DNA of 64,000 bases from the human T2T-CHM13v2.0 reference genome, Homo sapiens (GCF_009914755.1 NC_060930.1), one strand, 5' to 3'; counted from the first letter of the stretch, positions 30,758-47,077 are shown. The notes: generated from the sequence alone by a model not told the origin. Numbers and translations are program-made.

Positions 30758-32642
30758 TTATCCTTAACAAAGAGGTAAAGAAAGAAGGAGGAGTAGAAGT
30801 AAGGAGCAGAATTGATTAATGACCAACTCAATGACCACAACTCAGCCTGCCTTGCCATTTTTCCCAAGCCTTGCCCTTGAGGGATGAATTATGAAGTATA
30901 TATAAGATAATGAAGGATTATTACTAACAGTTTCTTTGACTTCATGGACATTCCAGATCAACTTGTTTGCAAACCTGCCAAACAACAGACAGTATTTTCC
31001 ACCCACCCACTCTTTGCTTTGTTGATATAACATAGCACATTTGTATGTCTTCACATGGAGCTAAATATTTGGAAAATGAAGCCTCTGTGGATATAATATA
31101 TTATTGAAGATTCCTCCAGTTGTTATAACCTAATTTGATCTTGTACATTGATTATGTAATAATATAATTGGAGGAAAAATTGCCTTGATCTTTTAAAAAT
31201 TTTTAAATTATTATCTAATCCAGGTTTGATATTGATTGTGACCTTTTCTTTATAACTATAATGAGTGATTGTTTTATTTGAAATATTTAATATTAACTGA
31301 TATTGAGTCAAAGATTAAATTCTGTCTATTGGAGAGGTAAACTTTTGTTTGTGCTCAAGATGGATATGGGCTAAAGTGGTTTTTTATTATCATCATTAAA
31401 TGCTGACTCAGTTACTGGTGATGCAATTTCCTGTTTAGTAATTTGCTTATTCAAACTCAGTCAGAGAGCCTCATCTTAAATCTTGTTCTCTGACAGGAGA
31501 GAATGATGATGAATATACTTTAAAACTTTGGATAATGCAGGCAGCTGACACGGAATTACACTTTTAAAATCCCATTAAAGCAACAACTAATCAGAGTACT
31601 ACATGAGTCATCCTTTGCAGTTATCTAGCTAACCTCATATTCTTTGTCTTTTAACCTGCAATTTCAAAATGTCTTGCCAGCATCATTTAGGAGTTGCCAC
31701 ATCTCTTTGGAATGAAAGTGCTTTTGAGAGAGAAAAAAGAGAGAGAGAGAGTCTCAGGGCCACATGCTAAGTAAACTTAAGCCTCTTTTATCTTTTCCCA
31801 GGAAAAAAGAAAGATATTAGTCACTCAAAATTTAAGCTGAAGAAACCTTTTTAAAACAGTTACTTCACTTTCCATTTAATCTCAGACCACTGGGGATATT
31901 TACAGTATTGCCGCTCTCCCTCTTTTCCTTTTTCCCCCTAAATTTGTAACTTCCAACATTTTCTCTTCTACCCAAAAATTACGAGTCTGATTCTCATTAT
32001 CTAGCTTAAGTCCTTGACTTCTACATCTTTCCCTGAGGACCTCATCAAAAACTATGCTTTGGGTCCACAATTCTAAAGAACAATGAACTTTAAAAATTAA
32101 ATTTTAAAATTTGTTTACAGGTTTTAGAGTTTACAAAGAGTTATCAGAAGAATTGTTTCAGCTGAACTCCATAATAACACTGGGAAGAAAGCAAGGCTGG
32201 TATTCTTTATACCTCAGAGATGAGAACATAGGGAGACTTGCCAAGGTAACGTGACCCGTTCAAGTCTCCTGACTCAGTCCAGAAAAATAGCCAGGTGTTT
32301 TTCTTTGCATAGGCTGTGTTATCCAGGTCATGAAAACCTTAATTATAAGAGGAAATATGATTAAGATCTCATTTTAAAGGCTTGCTGTTTTTAATGTCGG
32401 TCCATAATCAGGTTAAATTTTGTTTATTTAGAGTAATCTCACTCTATCCTCAAACCTGTGCTTTGTGTTCATTTAGGCTGTTTGTTTATTCTTTTTATTA
32501 ATGTTTATTCACCTTCAACCATATATAATAACCATTTAGGGTAGGATTATGAAGCTCTTTTATGCCATGTCTAAAAGTTTGACTTTATTTTTGTAGCTTC
32601 AGGGATTGAAGAAGAAGGGATAGAAAAGAAAAAATATTTTAC

Positions 32643-32992
<350 letters not shown>

Positions 32993-33184
32993 TTAGTATT
33001 AGATATACGGGATACAGATAACCTCTGAGAGAAAGGGAAGATCATACAGTTTCCAGTTATGTAATTTTTGAGAATAAGGAATGCAGAAAGAGAAGACAAA
33101 TTTAAGTAATGATAAATTCAATTTTAGAGATTTTGGATTTAGAGTGACTGCAGAACCCTCAGAAAAGAGTCCAGTAGAAAACTC

Positions 33185-33618
33185 AGTGAAACATTTTTCG
33201 CTACATTAGACTGTGATAAGAAACAATCCCAAAATTTCATTGGTTTTCAACGACAAAAGTTTACTTCATGCTCAAAATACATATCAGCTGCCGCAGCTTC
33301 ACGATTCTACTCAGCTTTGTTCTGTGTGTTGTCTTCATTCTGGGATTATGGCCAAGATAGCAGCCGTGATATGGGGCATTCCCAGAGCCAACCTTGCAAT
33401 GACTCTTTAAACTTCTGCTCAGATGCATCCAATGTCACATCTGCTTACATCCTATACGCTGCAGCAAGTCACATGACCAATGTCAACATCAGTGGAATGG
33501 GCAAGTGTATTTGTATAGAGGAAGCATTGCAAATCACATAAAAAACAAGCTCATAAGTATGATCCTCCTTCAGGAAGAGGAAGTAAATAATTGGAGACAA
33601 TAATATAATCTACCACAA
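33185..33618 (-). mobile_element. Old MaLR LTR (MLT1-like)
   Basis: gtgataagaaacaatcccaaaatttcattggttt...aagtttacttc...gcaagtcacatgacc...aatataatctaccaca. Confidence 0.65.
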
Positions 33619-34074
33619 GTCTAGTCTAGAGGTAAGCGGCATGGTCTAGAATAGAAATATAAATTGGAGAATCATCAGTGTACAGGTTGCAGTTGAAGCT
33701 ATGGAGATAGTTAAAATCATGGAGAGTATTTTAGATTTATGATAAAAGAAATATCAAGAACAAAATTGCTCTATTCATATGCCTCCATTGCATCATAGCT
33801 TAAAATGTTGCTTTGTTCAGAATACCCTATTTGTCACTTCCATATCAAAATTCTACTTCTAATGTATTGTACGGATTTGTTGTTCAGCTGAGTGCTTTTC
33901 CATTATAGAAGCCAAAGAGGTCCCCAAAGTTTTTTTGACTATATCTTTTCTTTTATTGTCCTGTATTATCAAAGGGTAAGCAGGTGGTATAAACTCAGCC
34001 AAGTGGATACCTCTGAGTGGGATTTTGTTTCCTAAATGCCTCAAAGACAAGTGAGAGAGTTCAAGTTTATTTAT

Positions 34075-34368
34075 TGGGCATGGTGGTTTATGCCTGTAAT
34101 CGCAGGACTCTGGGAGGCTGAGGCGGGTAGATCACTTGGGCCTAGGAGTTTGAGACCATCCTGGCCAACATGGCAAATCCCTGTCTATGAAAAACACAAA
34201 AATTAGCTGGGCATGGTGGTGTGCACTTTAGACACAGCTATTAGGGAGGCTGAGGTGGGAGGATTGCTTGAGCTGGGGAGGTCGAGGCTGCAGTGAGCCA
34301 CGATAGCGTCACTGTACTCCAGCCTGGACAACAGAGCAAAACCCTGTCTCAAAAAAAAAAAAAAAAAA
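34075..34368 (+). mobile_element. AluJb
   Basis: Full body, A tail; flanking agtttatt repeats. Confidence 0.88.
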
Positions 34369-34552
34369 AGAGTTTATTCAGCCTAGTGATGGAATCTGCT
34401 TCCACTGCAGAGACTTCTCCTGCAATATTATCTGCAAGAACTTTCCTTTTTACCTATGTTAAAGTCTGCTACATCTGCTTCCCCAACAAACCTGTGAGCT
34501 ACTAATATCCTTATATTAGTTAAGTCTATTTTCCTTAACTGAATTAGAGTTG

Positions 34553-34867
34553 GTATATTAGCTCAGGCTGCTCCATAATAAAATACCATAGATTGCATGG
34601 CTTAAACAGCAGAAATTTATTTTCTTACAGTTTTTGGAGACTGGAAGTCTGAGAGCAAAGGGTCAGCATGGTTTGGGATTTTCTTCCTTGAGAACAATCT
34701 CTCTTCCCCTCTTCTAAGGTCACAGTCCTGTGGGATTAAAGTCACTACTCTTATTACCTCATTTAACCTTATTATCACATTAAAAAAAACCCTAGCTCCT
34801 GATACATTCACACTGCGGGGCAGAGTTTCAACCTAGGAACTTTGGGGGGTTATCATTCAGTACATAG
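34553..34867 (-). mobile_element. MLT1A/B/C-like MaLR LTR
   Basis: gtatattagctcaggctgctccataataaaataccatagattgcatggcttaaacagcagaaatttattttcttacagtttttggagactggaagtctgag. Confidence 0.8.
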
Positions 34868-35083
34868 CCTTTGGTTTCTGTAGCTTCCAACTAAAGTATC
34901 CAAACCATACAGACAGAATTTCCCTGTTTCCAAGAAGCCTGTCTCAACTACTCTAGCTCTCACCACTTTCTTTCCTTTACTAAATTTCATTACTTTAAAT
35001 TCCCTTTAGTAAATTGTGGTCCCAAATATACATGTTGTTCTTAATTTTTCCTTATTTAATAACCTTAAAGGTAATCTAATTTG

Positions 35084-35265
35084 GTGGTTGTCAGACTTGG
35101 TGGCATATTAGAATCATCTGAGCAGATTTTTAAAATGCCAGTGTCCTAAGGTCCACTCCCCGCCAATTACATCCAAACCGCTCAGAGGAAGCCAAATAAC
35201 ATTTTTGTTTACAAATATTCCCCTAGGTGATTTCGGTGCACAGCCAAATGTGAAAATTACTGAAG
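35084..35265. mobile_element. MER5-like relic
   Basis: gtggttgtcagacttgg...ttagaatcatctgag...ccctaggtgatttc...gtgaaaattactg. Confidence 0.6.
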
Positions 35266-35397
35266 TAATTCAATCTTATTTACAAGTTGGAAAATTTGGC
35301 TGTTTTATGTCTATTAGTTTTGTTCCCCCAACCTGATTATAAACTCTAGTTACAGAAATTTTTGCATTTACTTAACAAGAATAATGTAGTTATATAG

Positions 35398-35773
<376 letters not shown>

Positions 35774-36525
35774 TACGAAATGGTCCTTAATCTTAGTTAC
35801 GCGTTGATCATTTCAGATGGGGTGGTGCAAAAAATGGTCTTGCCTGCACCCCCTCATTCAGTCTGATCAAATAGTATCAGGTGAGGCCTGAACTTCATGT
35901 ACAACCACAGTTGAGAACAACCACTAATCTATTTCTTGATGAAATTGATATGTGAGTGAGCACAACCTGTCATAACATGGCAGGCTCATTTATCTCTAAA
36001 GATGAAAAATATTATCTGAATATATTTATTTATCAACTGACCTAATAAGAGTAAGTGGGCCTAAGAGTCTTTGCTGAAAGACTCTTGTCTGAATTGTGAA
36101 TTCTGTTGCCAAAAGCACTAATGGACAACTAATCTGCCAATATTGTATAGACTCATAGAGTGTCACATTAACTCTACAACCAGATACAGAAACAAAAACT
36201 GTAGCTAATATGCTTAAATAGAAGAGTTCTTCTTTGTCCTTCTACTTGCTACAACTCTGTATTTCCCACTTAAAAGTAAAATCCTATTAATGTATTGTTT
36301 TATTTGATTGATATATGTATTCAATTGATGCATTGCCGCATTTCTTAATCAGCCACTTCAAGCTGATTGTAACCAAGTAACTACAAATCCATTCCTGCTC
36401 CAATGTGTCCCCCTCACTTTCTACCCACAATGTATGTATCTACTTCATTTGGGAGTACAACATTATATGCTTTCTAAATTGACAAGTTTTACATTTTAGT
36501 AAACAAAGACCAGCAGGAACACTCC

Positions 36526-37006
36526 TGTACTAAAGAAAAATAAGTTAGGTTTATTTTTCTTGCTTCAGCAGCTAAGAATGCACCCTTGAGTAATTATGGG
36601 ATAATTCACTAAGTGGATTTGGGAGAGGCTTTGTATAGGATTTGGACTAGAGATGATAGTCCTAAATAAGATTTAAGGAAGCAGGAGCCAGTGCTGCATT
36701 AGATGTTGTCAAGAACTGGGATCAACTCCGTGATAGGGTACCTTGGTGACTTTTATCTAGGAAAGGAGAGGATTAAAGTAGATGTAGACCAGAAGTATCA
36801 TTAGTAAAGGACTGATAGTCACTTCTGTTAGCTATAAGAGGGGGATGTTTAATCTTCTTTACGGTTTTTAGTGTTCTTGTCTGTCTTGTTCCAAACATGG
36901 TCACAGAGTGGTTTTATATAAACGATGCTTCTATTCTGAGTTTTGATAATGTTCAGTTGGGATCACCATGGCCTGGCCACCTGAAGGGCCACTTTTTGCT
37001 TTCTCA
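36526..37006 (-). mobile_element. Probable old ERV solo LTR, family uncertain
   Basis: Starts tgtactaaagaaaaataag...gtttatttttcttgc (reverse-strand polyA signal near the terminus) and ends ttttgctttctca. Confidence 0.4.
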
Positions 37007-38041
37007 GAAGTTAAAAACTGTTGAATAGACAAGTTTTTCAACTCAAGAATGTTATATCTGATTGGGGAAAAATAAGCTATGAAATATTGCTACAGTTGTA
37101 AATTAAAGGCAGAGGTCTGCAAGTGGAGAGTAAACCTTCGGAAGGCAGAATTGCTCAAATGATTGAGAGTGTCATAAGTATGTAAAATAAGTTCTAGTTC
37201 TAATAGGCAAAATAAGAGGGACTGGTCTTTGGTTAGATTGGGCTATTAATTAAAGTCTTCTTCTTTTGGCCCTACCAGGGCAGAGCATGTGCTGATGATC
37301 CCCAATAATTTTACAGATCCCAGAAATATAAATTTCTTTATTACCCCTCATTGGCCTGCATATTTGCAGCTATAATGGGCACATCAGAGAGGAAGTAAAT
37401 GGGTTCACTTTAGTGTCCTCTATCAGTCTTTTAGGCACTTTGAGATATTAATGCACAACAGACACCACTATCCTTGAGGCAAGCTGCCTGTTTTTCTGGT
37501 TGATATTCTTTTTAGACTTTACCTTTTTGAAGATTGATTTATTTAGCATTTCCCCTTCATGTTCTTTCATGCATTAATACATAACTTCTTGACATCTAGA
37601 AATTCAAGTGCAATATGACAAATGAGTCTGCTTCATTCTTCAGCAAATAACTTTTCCTCTTTTCTCATCCCCCTACTCTAATATCTCATGCAATCCACAA
37701 TGGCAAGAAAACTATTTGAAAGCAATAAATGTTGTGGTTTACATTATATTTCCCTTAAAATACAGATACCTTATTGGAATTCTCCCAATATTCTTCAAGG
37801 AAAGAAAATATAGTATTCTTGTTGCAACTCTAAATAAGCAAAAAAGTGTTAGAGTTTATCTATACATATTTTTGGAAATGCTTCTCATAATGTCCATAAA
37901 CCACTAGGTTAGAATTACTGAGGGATTTGCTAAAAATCTGTACCCTAATCTCTACCCCAAACCTATAAGAACAGAATCTTTGTAAGGAGGGTAAGACTTG
38001 AGCTGCAGGTAATTTTCATGTATATTAAGGTTAATTGATTA

Positions 38042-38460
<419 letters not shown>

Positions 38461-38559
38461 CTATCACCTAGAAGAGTAGCATATAGTTAGTAATTAGTGG
38501 TTATGTAAATGAATAGAAAAGAACATGAAGTCACAGGCTTAAAATATGAAGGTAATTTA

Positions 38560-38790
38560 GAAGGTATTTTGGAGCAAGCATTTAAATAAGTTAGAATCTT
38601 GGCTCCACTGTTTATTGGTGTTTGACCTTGGGCACACACTTAACCTCTTTGTGCTTCAAAGATTTCAAGGAGACCAAAGAAATACTACTACTTTCACAGT
38701 TTATTGTGAAGAATAAATGTGTTTAAATATATAGAGTGCTTAGAACAATTCTTGGCTAAGACACTCAAAAATTTGAGCTCATTGTGATTG
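38560..38790 (+). mobile_element. MIR
   Basis: gaatcttggctccactg...tgaccttgggcacacacttaacctctttgtgcttca...ttattgtgaagaataaatg. Confidence 0.72.
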
Positions 38791-38822
38791 AGGAGAAACC
38801 AGCCCAAGGTCAGGCATGTATA

Positions 38823-38962
38823 TTTTTTGGTTGTTTTTGTTGTTGAAGAGACAGAGGTCTCACCATATGGTGCAGGCCAGATTCCAACTCCTAGGCTCAA
38901 GACACCCTCCCACCTCAATCTCCCAAGCAGCTGGGATTACCAGTAGGCGCCGCTGTGCCCAC
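38823..38962 (-). mobile_element. FLAM
   Basis: Antisense monomer; TSD aaggtcaggc on both sides. Confidence 0.82.
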
Positions 38963-39159
38963 TAAGGTCAGGCTTCTAATCACCCAGGTCTGACCCAGAT
39001 TTTCTCACTCCTCCTCTATCACTTTATTTCTTTATATGATTTGGCAGATATCAAAAGTCCTCCCTTTCCAAATATCTCACTATACTACTTTGTTTTTTAC
39101 ATATGGGCAGAATTTTTCACCATTGCACTCATTTTTCTAAATCAGGCAGGATTTAGATT

Positions 39160-39487
39160 TCTCTTTCTTTCCTTTCTTTTTTTTTCTTTTTCTTTTTTTT
39201 TTTTGACAGATTCTTGCTCTAACACCCACACTAGAGAGCAGTGGTATGATCTTGGCTCACTGCAACCTCCCCCTCTCCCGTTCAAGCGATTTGGTGCCTC
39301 AGCATCCCAAGTAGCTGGGATTACTTACATGTGTGTACCACCATGCCTGACTAATTTTTGTACTTTTTGTAGAGACTGGGTTTCACCATGCTGACCAGGC
39401 TGGTCTCAAACTCCTGGCATCAAGTGATCCACCGGCCTCAGACTTCCAAAATGATGGGGCTACAGGTGTGAACCACCACACCCAGCC
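39160..39487 (-). mobile_element. Diverged AluS/J
   Basis: T-rich tail followed by an antisense body. Confidence 0.87.
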
Positions 39488-39842
39488 ATCAGTGGGTTTT
39501 TTAATAAAACAAACAGCTAAGGATGAACTGGAAACCACAAACTGAGCTCTTTTTCTATGACCTAGCCTCCCCGGTTAACCTTAGGCAAAGAGTAGTGGTC
39601 AGCGGGCCTGCCTATGGGTAAATTCTAAAAGCCTCGCCAGAGACACTTAACTTTTTTTAACCCCTGTGGTTAAAGAGGACGGGTGGGTGCAGAGGGAATT
39701 TTATAAACGACACAAACACAAACAATTTTAAGTCCTGAAAAAATTCATTTGGATGTTTGTTTTGCTTCTGTTTTATAGCTTGTTTTAAATCAAAGACTAC
39801 ACCTTCCTGAGACAAGCGTTGATTACACACAAAATGAAGACT

Positions 39843-40002
39843 GGCCAGGGCCGTGGCTCAAGCCTGTAATCCCAGAATTTTGGGAGGCCCAGGTGGGTGT
39901 GTGGGTAGGGTGGGGGATCCTGGGTATCTCGTAAGCCCAGGAGTTCCAGACCAGCCTGGGCAATATAGGAGAGCCCCACCCCTGCCATCTCTTAGAAAAA
40001 TA

Positions 40003-40041
<39 letters not shown>

Positions 40042-40162
40042 AAGCCGGGCATGGGGGTGCGCGCCTGTAGTCCCGGCTACTTGAGGGGCTGAGGTGGGAG
40101 CCTGGAAAGTCGAGGCTGCGCCACTGCACTCTATCCTGAGCTACAGAGCGAGACCATATCTA
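39843..40162 (+). mobile_element. AluJ with internal G-rich insert and (TAAA)n linker
   Basis: Left arm contains gtgggtgtgtgggtagggtggggg; (TAAA)n at 40002-40042; shortened right arm. Confidence 0.85.
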
Positions 40163-40489
40163 ATGTGGGGGGGTGGGGTAAGAGGAAGGGGGAGCGGGGA
40201 GAGGGAGAGAGAAAGAGAGCGGGAAAAAAGAAGGAGGAGGAAGAGGAGGAGGAGGACACAGGTGTGACCATTGTCCTCCAGAGCTACAGATTCTGGCATT
40301 CTAAAGGAAGAAGGACAAAGAAACCAAAACCAGTTTCTCCAAGGCTTCAGCTTTTCAGTCTGACCATTTGATCTACATTCCATTATTTTGGCAGCATGGT
40401 GGGAGTGGATTCGGAATGGACAAAAACCCTTTTCAGAATTAGATCAGCTAATTAAAATGCACACAAACTTCTTTGTTCCTTCACCTCAA

Positions 40490-41790
<1,301 letters not shown>

Positions 41791-43049
41791 CAGATTAAGA
41801 ACTGTAAGCAGCATAATACCTCCTTTGTGGCTTGAATTCCTTCGCTGTCTGGGGACCTAAGTCATTCAGAAGAGGTGGAGAAAAGATATTTTCAGATTGG
41901 CAGAATGTGGGAGTTTTGAAATGAGAAAACCTGTTGTTAATTTGCATTTTGGAATAACTCTCAATTGATCTCTTTTCTGTTCCCCGCCCCCCTCTTGTTT
42001 CTCTTTAGGACCTAGAAACAGAAGTGAAGTTTGAAGTCTGCTCTCTGCAAAGAGGGTGGGAGTGGGTGGAGAAGAGGCTTGTTTTAAAAGCCAAAAACAG
42101 AAAGTAAAAAGAAATGGGAAAGTAAAACCAAAGCAGCAAGTGACTCTCTTCTGATGTGCACTTTTCATTTTTCTCCCCCACATTTCAGTGTTAGAAAGAA
42201 AACGAGAGGAGCTAGGGAAAGAAGGAGTTGGGGACAGAAGACTAAGATTTCAACGTGAAATTCCATTTACAAAGGCTTTACTGCAAACAATAGCTAATTT
42301 AGTCCTGTAAACATGCATTTATCATACATTTTAATTTTAATATTAAAAATACTGCATGTAAATGTTCTGAACTAAAGGTAGATAGCAATATGTAGTTTGC
42401 CATAAAATGAATGCATGTCTTATTCTTTTCCATAGTTCTTCATTAATGAGACTTGTAGTCAAGAATAGATTGAAGATACCATTCTCCTTGTGTAGTTCAA
42501 AAAAATCTCCTCTGGTAATACTGAAACAACTAATTTTTCTTATTTTGTTTGTTCCTCTTTATTATTAAATACTATGTGAATTAACTCTTTAGTAGTTGGC
42601 CTGGTTGAAGCTCTGTGAGGAGCAAAGCAGCCCTCTCCAGGTGAACTGCTTGACTTTACCACCTGAAGGAGTATTTACTGCAAGAATTAACAAAGCAGGT
42701 AGGACTCTGGCTTTTGATGAGCAAATGGTTGAAAAGTGCCTCCTTCCCCAGTCTTCCCTTTTGCCTTCATTTTTAGTTTAGAGCTTGAAGTGTTCTCAAA
42801 AGATCATCTGATCTACCTCTTGCCTCCTGGCAGGCCAGATAGATAAGATGCCCCTGTTTTACTCATGAGCCAACCTAGGCCTAGAGGTCTTGTAGCATGT
42901 CTAAGTCACACAGCTAGTAATTGCATATGCTTACTAAGTGGATGAAGAATGTGATAATCTCCCTCCTAAAGGTTTGGGGCAGCCTTTAGAGGATTTATTT
43001 GACCCTTACTTAGGGGTCAAAAGATGCCTGAGGATATCCTAGGTTTTCT

Positions 43050-43357
<308 letters not shown>

Positions 43358-43774
43358 AATATCTTAGGTTTTCTAACTCATGTTTATGAGAAGTACTAGA
43401 ATCACCTTAATGTTCCTGAATTCTGCAAGGCCTCTTGGCTGGAGAATCATCACTAGCAGTTCTTAGGCCTGTGAGACCCTCACTTGGGAGAGGAATTCAG
43501 CATCTGAGCTCATCTGTGTTCAAAATTGCTTGACAGGTAGAAAAGATTCATCCCTTAAAATGAATCTCTTTTCCTTAACAACCCTCCCTGACTCCAGTGG
43601 GAGATTAACTTGCTTGGCATGTAAGTTTCAGACCTGAGCTTATTAATTTGGTTGAATCATCACATGTCCCAGGTGACTAATCATTGAATATAGAGAACAA
43701 AAAAAGTCTCTTTCACAATAACCAAAAATGGTAAGTAGCATCACTCAGCTGCCTTCTCTGGAGGCAATTTCTGG

Positions 43775-44002
43775 CGTTCAGCTGCTTGGGTTCAAAACTG
43801 GCTCTACCTCTTTATTAACTTGTGTCCTTGGGCAAGTTGCCTTATCTCTGTGTGCCTCTGTATCCTGATTTGTTAAGTGGGGACAATAAATAGTATCAAC
43901 TTCATAGAGGGTTTTTTTTTTAGGGTTAAGTTAAATGAAAATACTTAGAACCCTGCCTGTCATACAATAAATCCTCAAAGTTAGTTACATTTTTTATTAT
44001 TA
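43775..44002 (+). mobile_element. MIR
   Basis: gcttgggttcaaaactggctctacc...tgtgtccttgggcaagttgcc...ctctgtgtgcctctgtatcct...atacttagaac. Confidence 0.8.
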
Positions 44003-44513
44003 GCACGGTTATTGTTTAGTTCACTTTTCATCCTAACTAGGCTTTAGTCTTTTGTTTAGTAACAAAAAGCAGAAATTGTATAACACAAGAAAGCTAATGA
44101 AAGTCAAGCCGGTGGTTTTTAATAAGACTCTTCTCTACTCCTGAAAGAAAGGACTTATTTCTAGCTTTTCCTAACCTTTAATGGATCAGTAAGTATATTT
44201 CTTAAATTCTTTAGAAATGACCTTCACATCTTCTGTAGGGACTCATGGTAAAGCTCAAAGGACTAAGGTACACTATCCTTAACAGTCACTGAAAAGAGTT
44301 TACATACCTCCTAGTTCTGGGCAGATGGGAGCTTTGAATACTTTCTTTGACCTGTCAGGTTAGTTTGTTTTCCCTCTGGGATTTTAAATCTGATGCCCTG
44401 TTGTCTAGAAAAGCAGAATAGACACAATTTGTTTTCATTTTGTCTTTCAGCCAAAAACGTATTTAGTCAAGTTAGCTTAACTCCTTTAAACCAAATATGT
44501 TTGAGTTAATTTT

Positions 44514-44795
44514 GTTTTGTTTTTGAGACAGAGTCTTGCTCTGGAGTGCAGTGGCACGATCTCTGCTCACTCCAAGCTCCGCCTCCCATGTTCACACCAT
44601 TCTCCTGCCTCAGCCTCCTGAGTAGCTGGGACTACATGCGCCCGCCACCATGCCTGGCTAGCTTTTTGTATTTTTAGTAGAGACGGGGTTTCACCGTGTT
44701 AGCCAGGATGATCTCGATCTCCTTGACCTTGTGATGCGCCCGCCTCGGCCTCCCAAAGTGGTGGGATTACAGGCCTGAGCCACCATGCCCGGCCT
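44514..44795 (-). mobile_element. AluY
   Basis: caagctccgcctcc...caccattctcc and ccgtgttagccaggatg diagnostics; TSD tgtttgagttaatttt. Confidence 0.92.
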
Positions 44796-45538
44796 GTTTG
44801 AGTTAATTTTAAGTGATTTTTTTTTTCCTTTTCTCACTGTTTCAAGCAATGAAAATTTATTTTTAAAGTGCTTACTCAACTTCCCTATTAACTGCCTAGA
44901 ACATGTTTATAGATTTCATTTAATATAGAGTTCCTTTTCATTGGAAACAAAAAGTAGTAAGTCGAAATACTGTTGAATTTGCTTCACAGGTGTTCCTGAT
45001 CCAAGCAGAACCCTGTTATTTGAAGAGCCTGAGAAATCTTATCCCGTTTACAAATGTCCTGGGAGTGCATCCAAAGTGAAACTTGGGTATCCTCAATACT
45101 AAGAAATCTCTGAGAATGACTGGGTCTTGGCTCTTTGATCTTACCTCTACTCCTCTGAAAAACATGATTATCTAAAATTGTGTTAGGTGGATGAACCGCA
45201 TCAAAGACTTCCAGAAGCCACTCCAGTGACCATAAGATAAATGTCAGAATCGCATAACCCCCAGGATCAGGCAAGTGTTATCCTCTCTTAAAACTCTTTG
45301 TTTACAACCATGATCTCCTTTTGGGAATCATTACATTTGACTTACTGCTTATTTTTGTTGAATGTTACCAGTGCTTGGTGATAAAACTTGATGTGGCTCT
45401 TTGCTTTGAAAAAGAAAAAAACTTTTTATTAAAAGAAACAGTTGTATACACTGCATAAAAATTGGGAAAATATTATGAAGAAAAAGAAGATATAATAAAG
45501 GAAACAAAAATTTACAGATGACCCCAAATCTCTTTTAA

Positions 45539-46024
<486 letters not shown>

Positions 46025-46167
46025 AAGTGTGGTTTTATTTTATTGTATTTTCATGTGAATATACCTACATATATACATACATCTTTCTAAGCATAAACTA
46101 TATAAAGTAGTATTAATGTAACCTCTGTATATTTTCTGAATATGATCTGTATATAAACAAACATATA

Positions 46168-46331
46168 CTGATGCTACTCAAGATGGGCGTTCTGTGAAAC
46201 GGCAGCGTGGGCATCTCCAAGAAGGTTTTTAGAAAAGTAGAATCTCAGGCCCCATTCCAGATCTGTTGAATCAGAATTTGCATTTTGTCAAGATCATTGG
46301 ATGATTCACATTAAAGTTTGAGAAACACTGA
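46168..46331. mobile_element. MER5A
   Basis: gctactcaaga...ggcagcgtgggcatctcc...tagaatctcaggccccattccagatctgttgaatcagaatttgcatttt...aagtttgagaaacactg. Confidence 0.82.
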
Positions 46332-47077
46332 CATATTCTCATATATTTAGTTCTGTATCCTATTTTGTCACTTACCAAAACTGAAAAGTTTTTTTATTCT
46401 GTATTCCCAATTAATTGTTAACAATGCCATGAAGATAATAATTCATAGAGTTTTGAACACAGTTAAAGATTACAGGAAGGTGAAAGATAGAGGATATGAA
46501 TGGGTAAATTGGCGAAGAGATCTCTATGAAGCTTTATAGTGTCTTTTTTAAAGAGCCTGATTATTTGAAAGTTTGTCCTAATGAACCATTGACTCATCAT
46601 TGAATTTCAAACTATTTCAGAAATATGGCTATTTTGTTGTCTAGGAATATGAAATAATACATTATAAAAAACTCCTGTAAAGGTGAAAAAGCAGGAAGTC
46701 ATTAACACATTGCACAATTGCAACTCTGCAGGCTGAGTCAGAACTTGTCAGCCACTTGTGATGAATTGAGAGGGGTGGGGAAAAGGTGGAGCCAGAATTT
46801 GAATCAACTGATTCAGATAAGTAAACAAAGGGCTGTGACTCTTGAACACCATGACATCTCTATAACTGCAGTCAGTACTTTGCTCTGTAATTAGGGAGGG
46901 CAAATCTGTGAATTTACTTCTCTAGATGAAGATAAAGTCCAGATTACTTTGGAGAGAGTAAGGAGTTATGATTGGTTTTCAGGCATTATGCAGCCAATAG
47001 TCACAAACAAAACATTAAGACTTAGTTATCTTCAAAGCAAGGAACTAACCAAATTCAAACTTACATTTCTAACCTTA

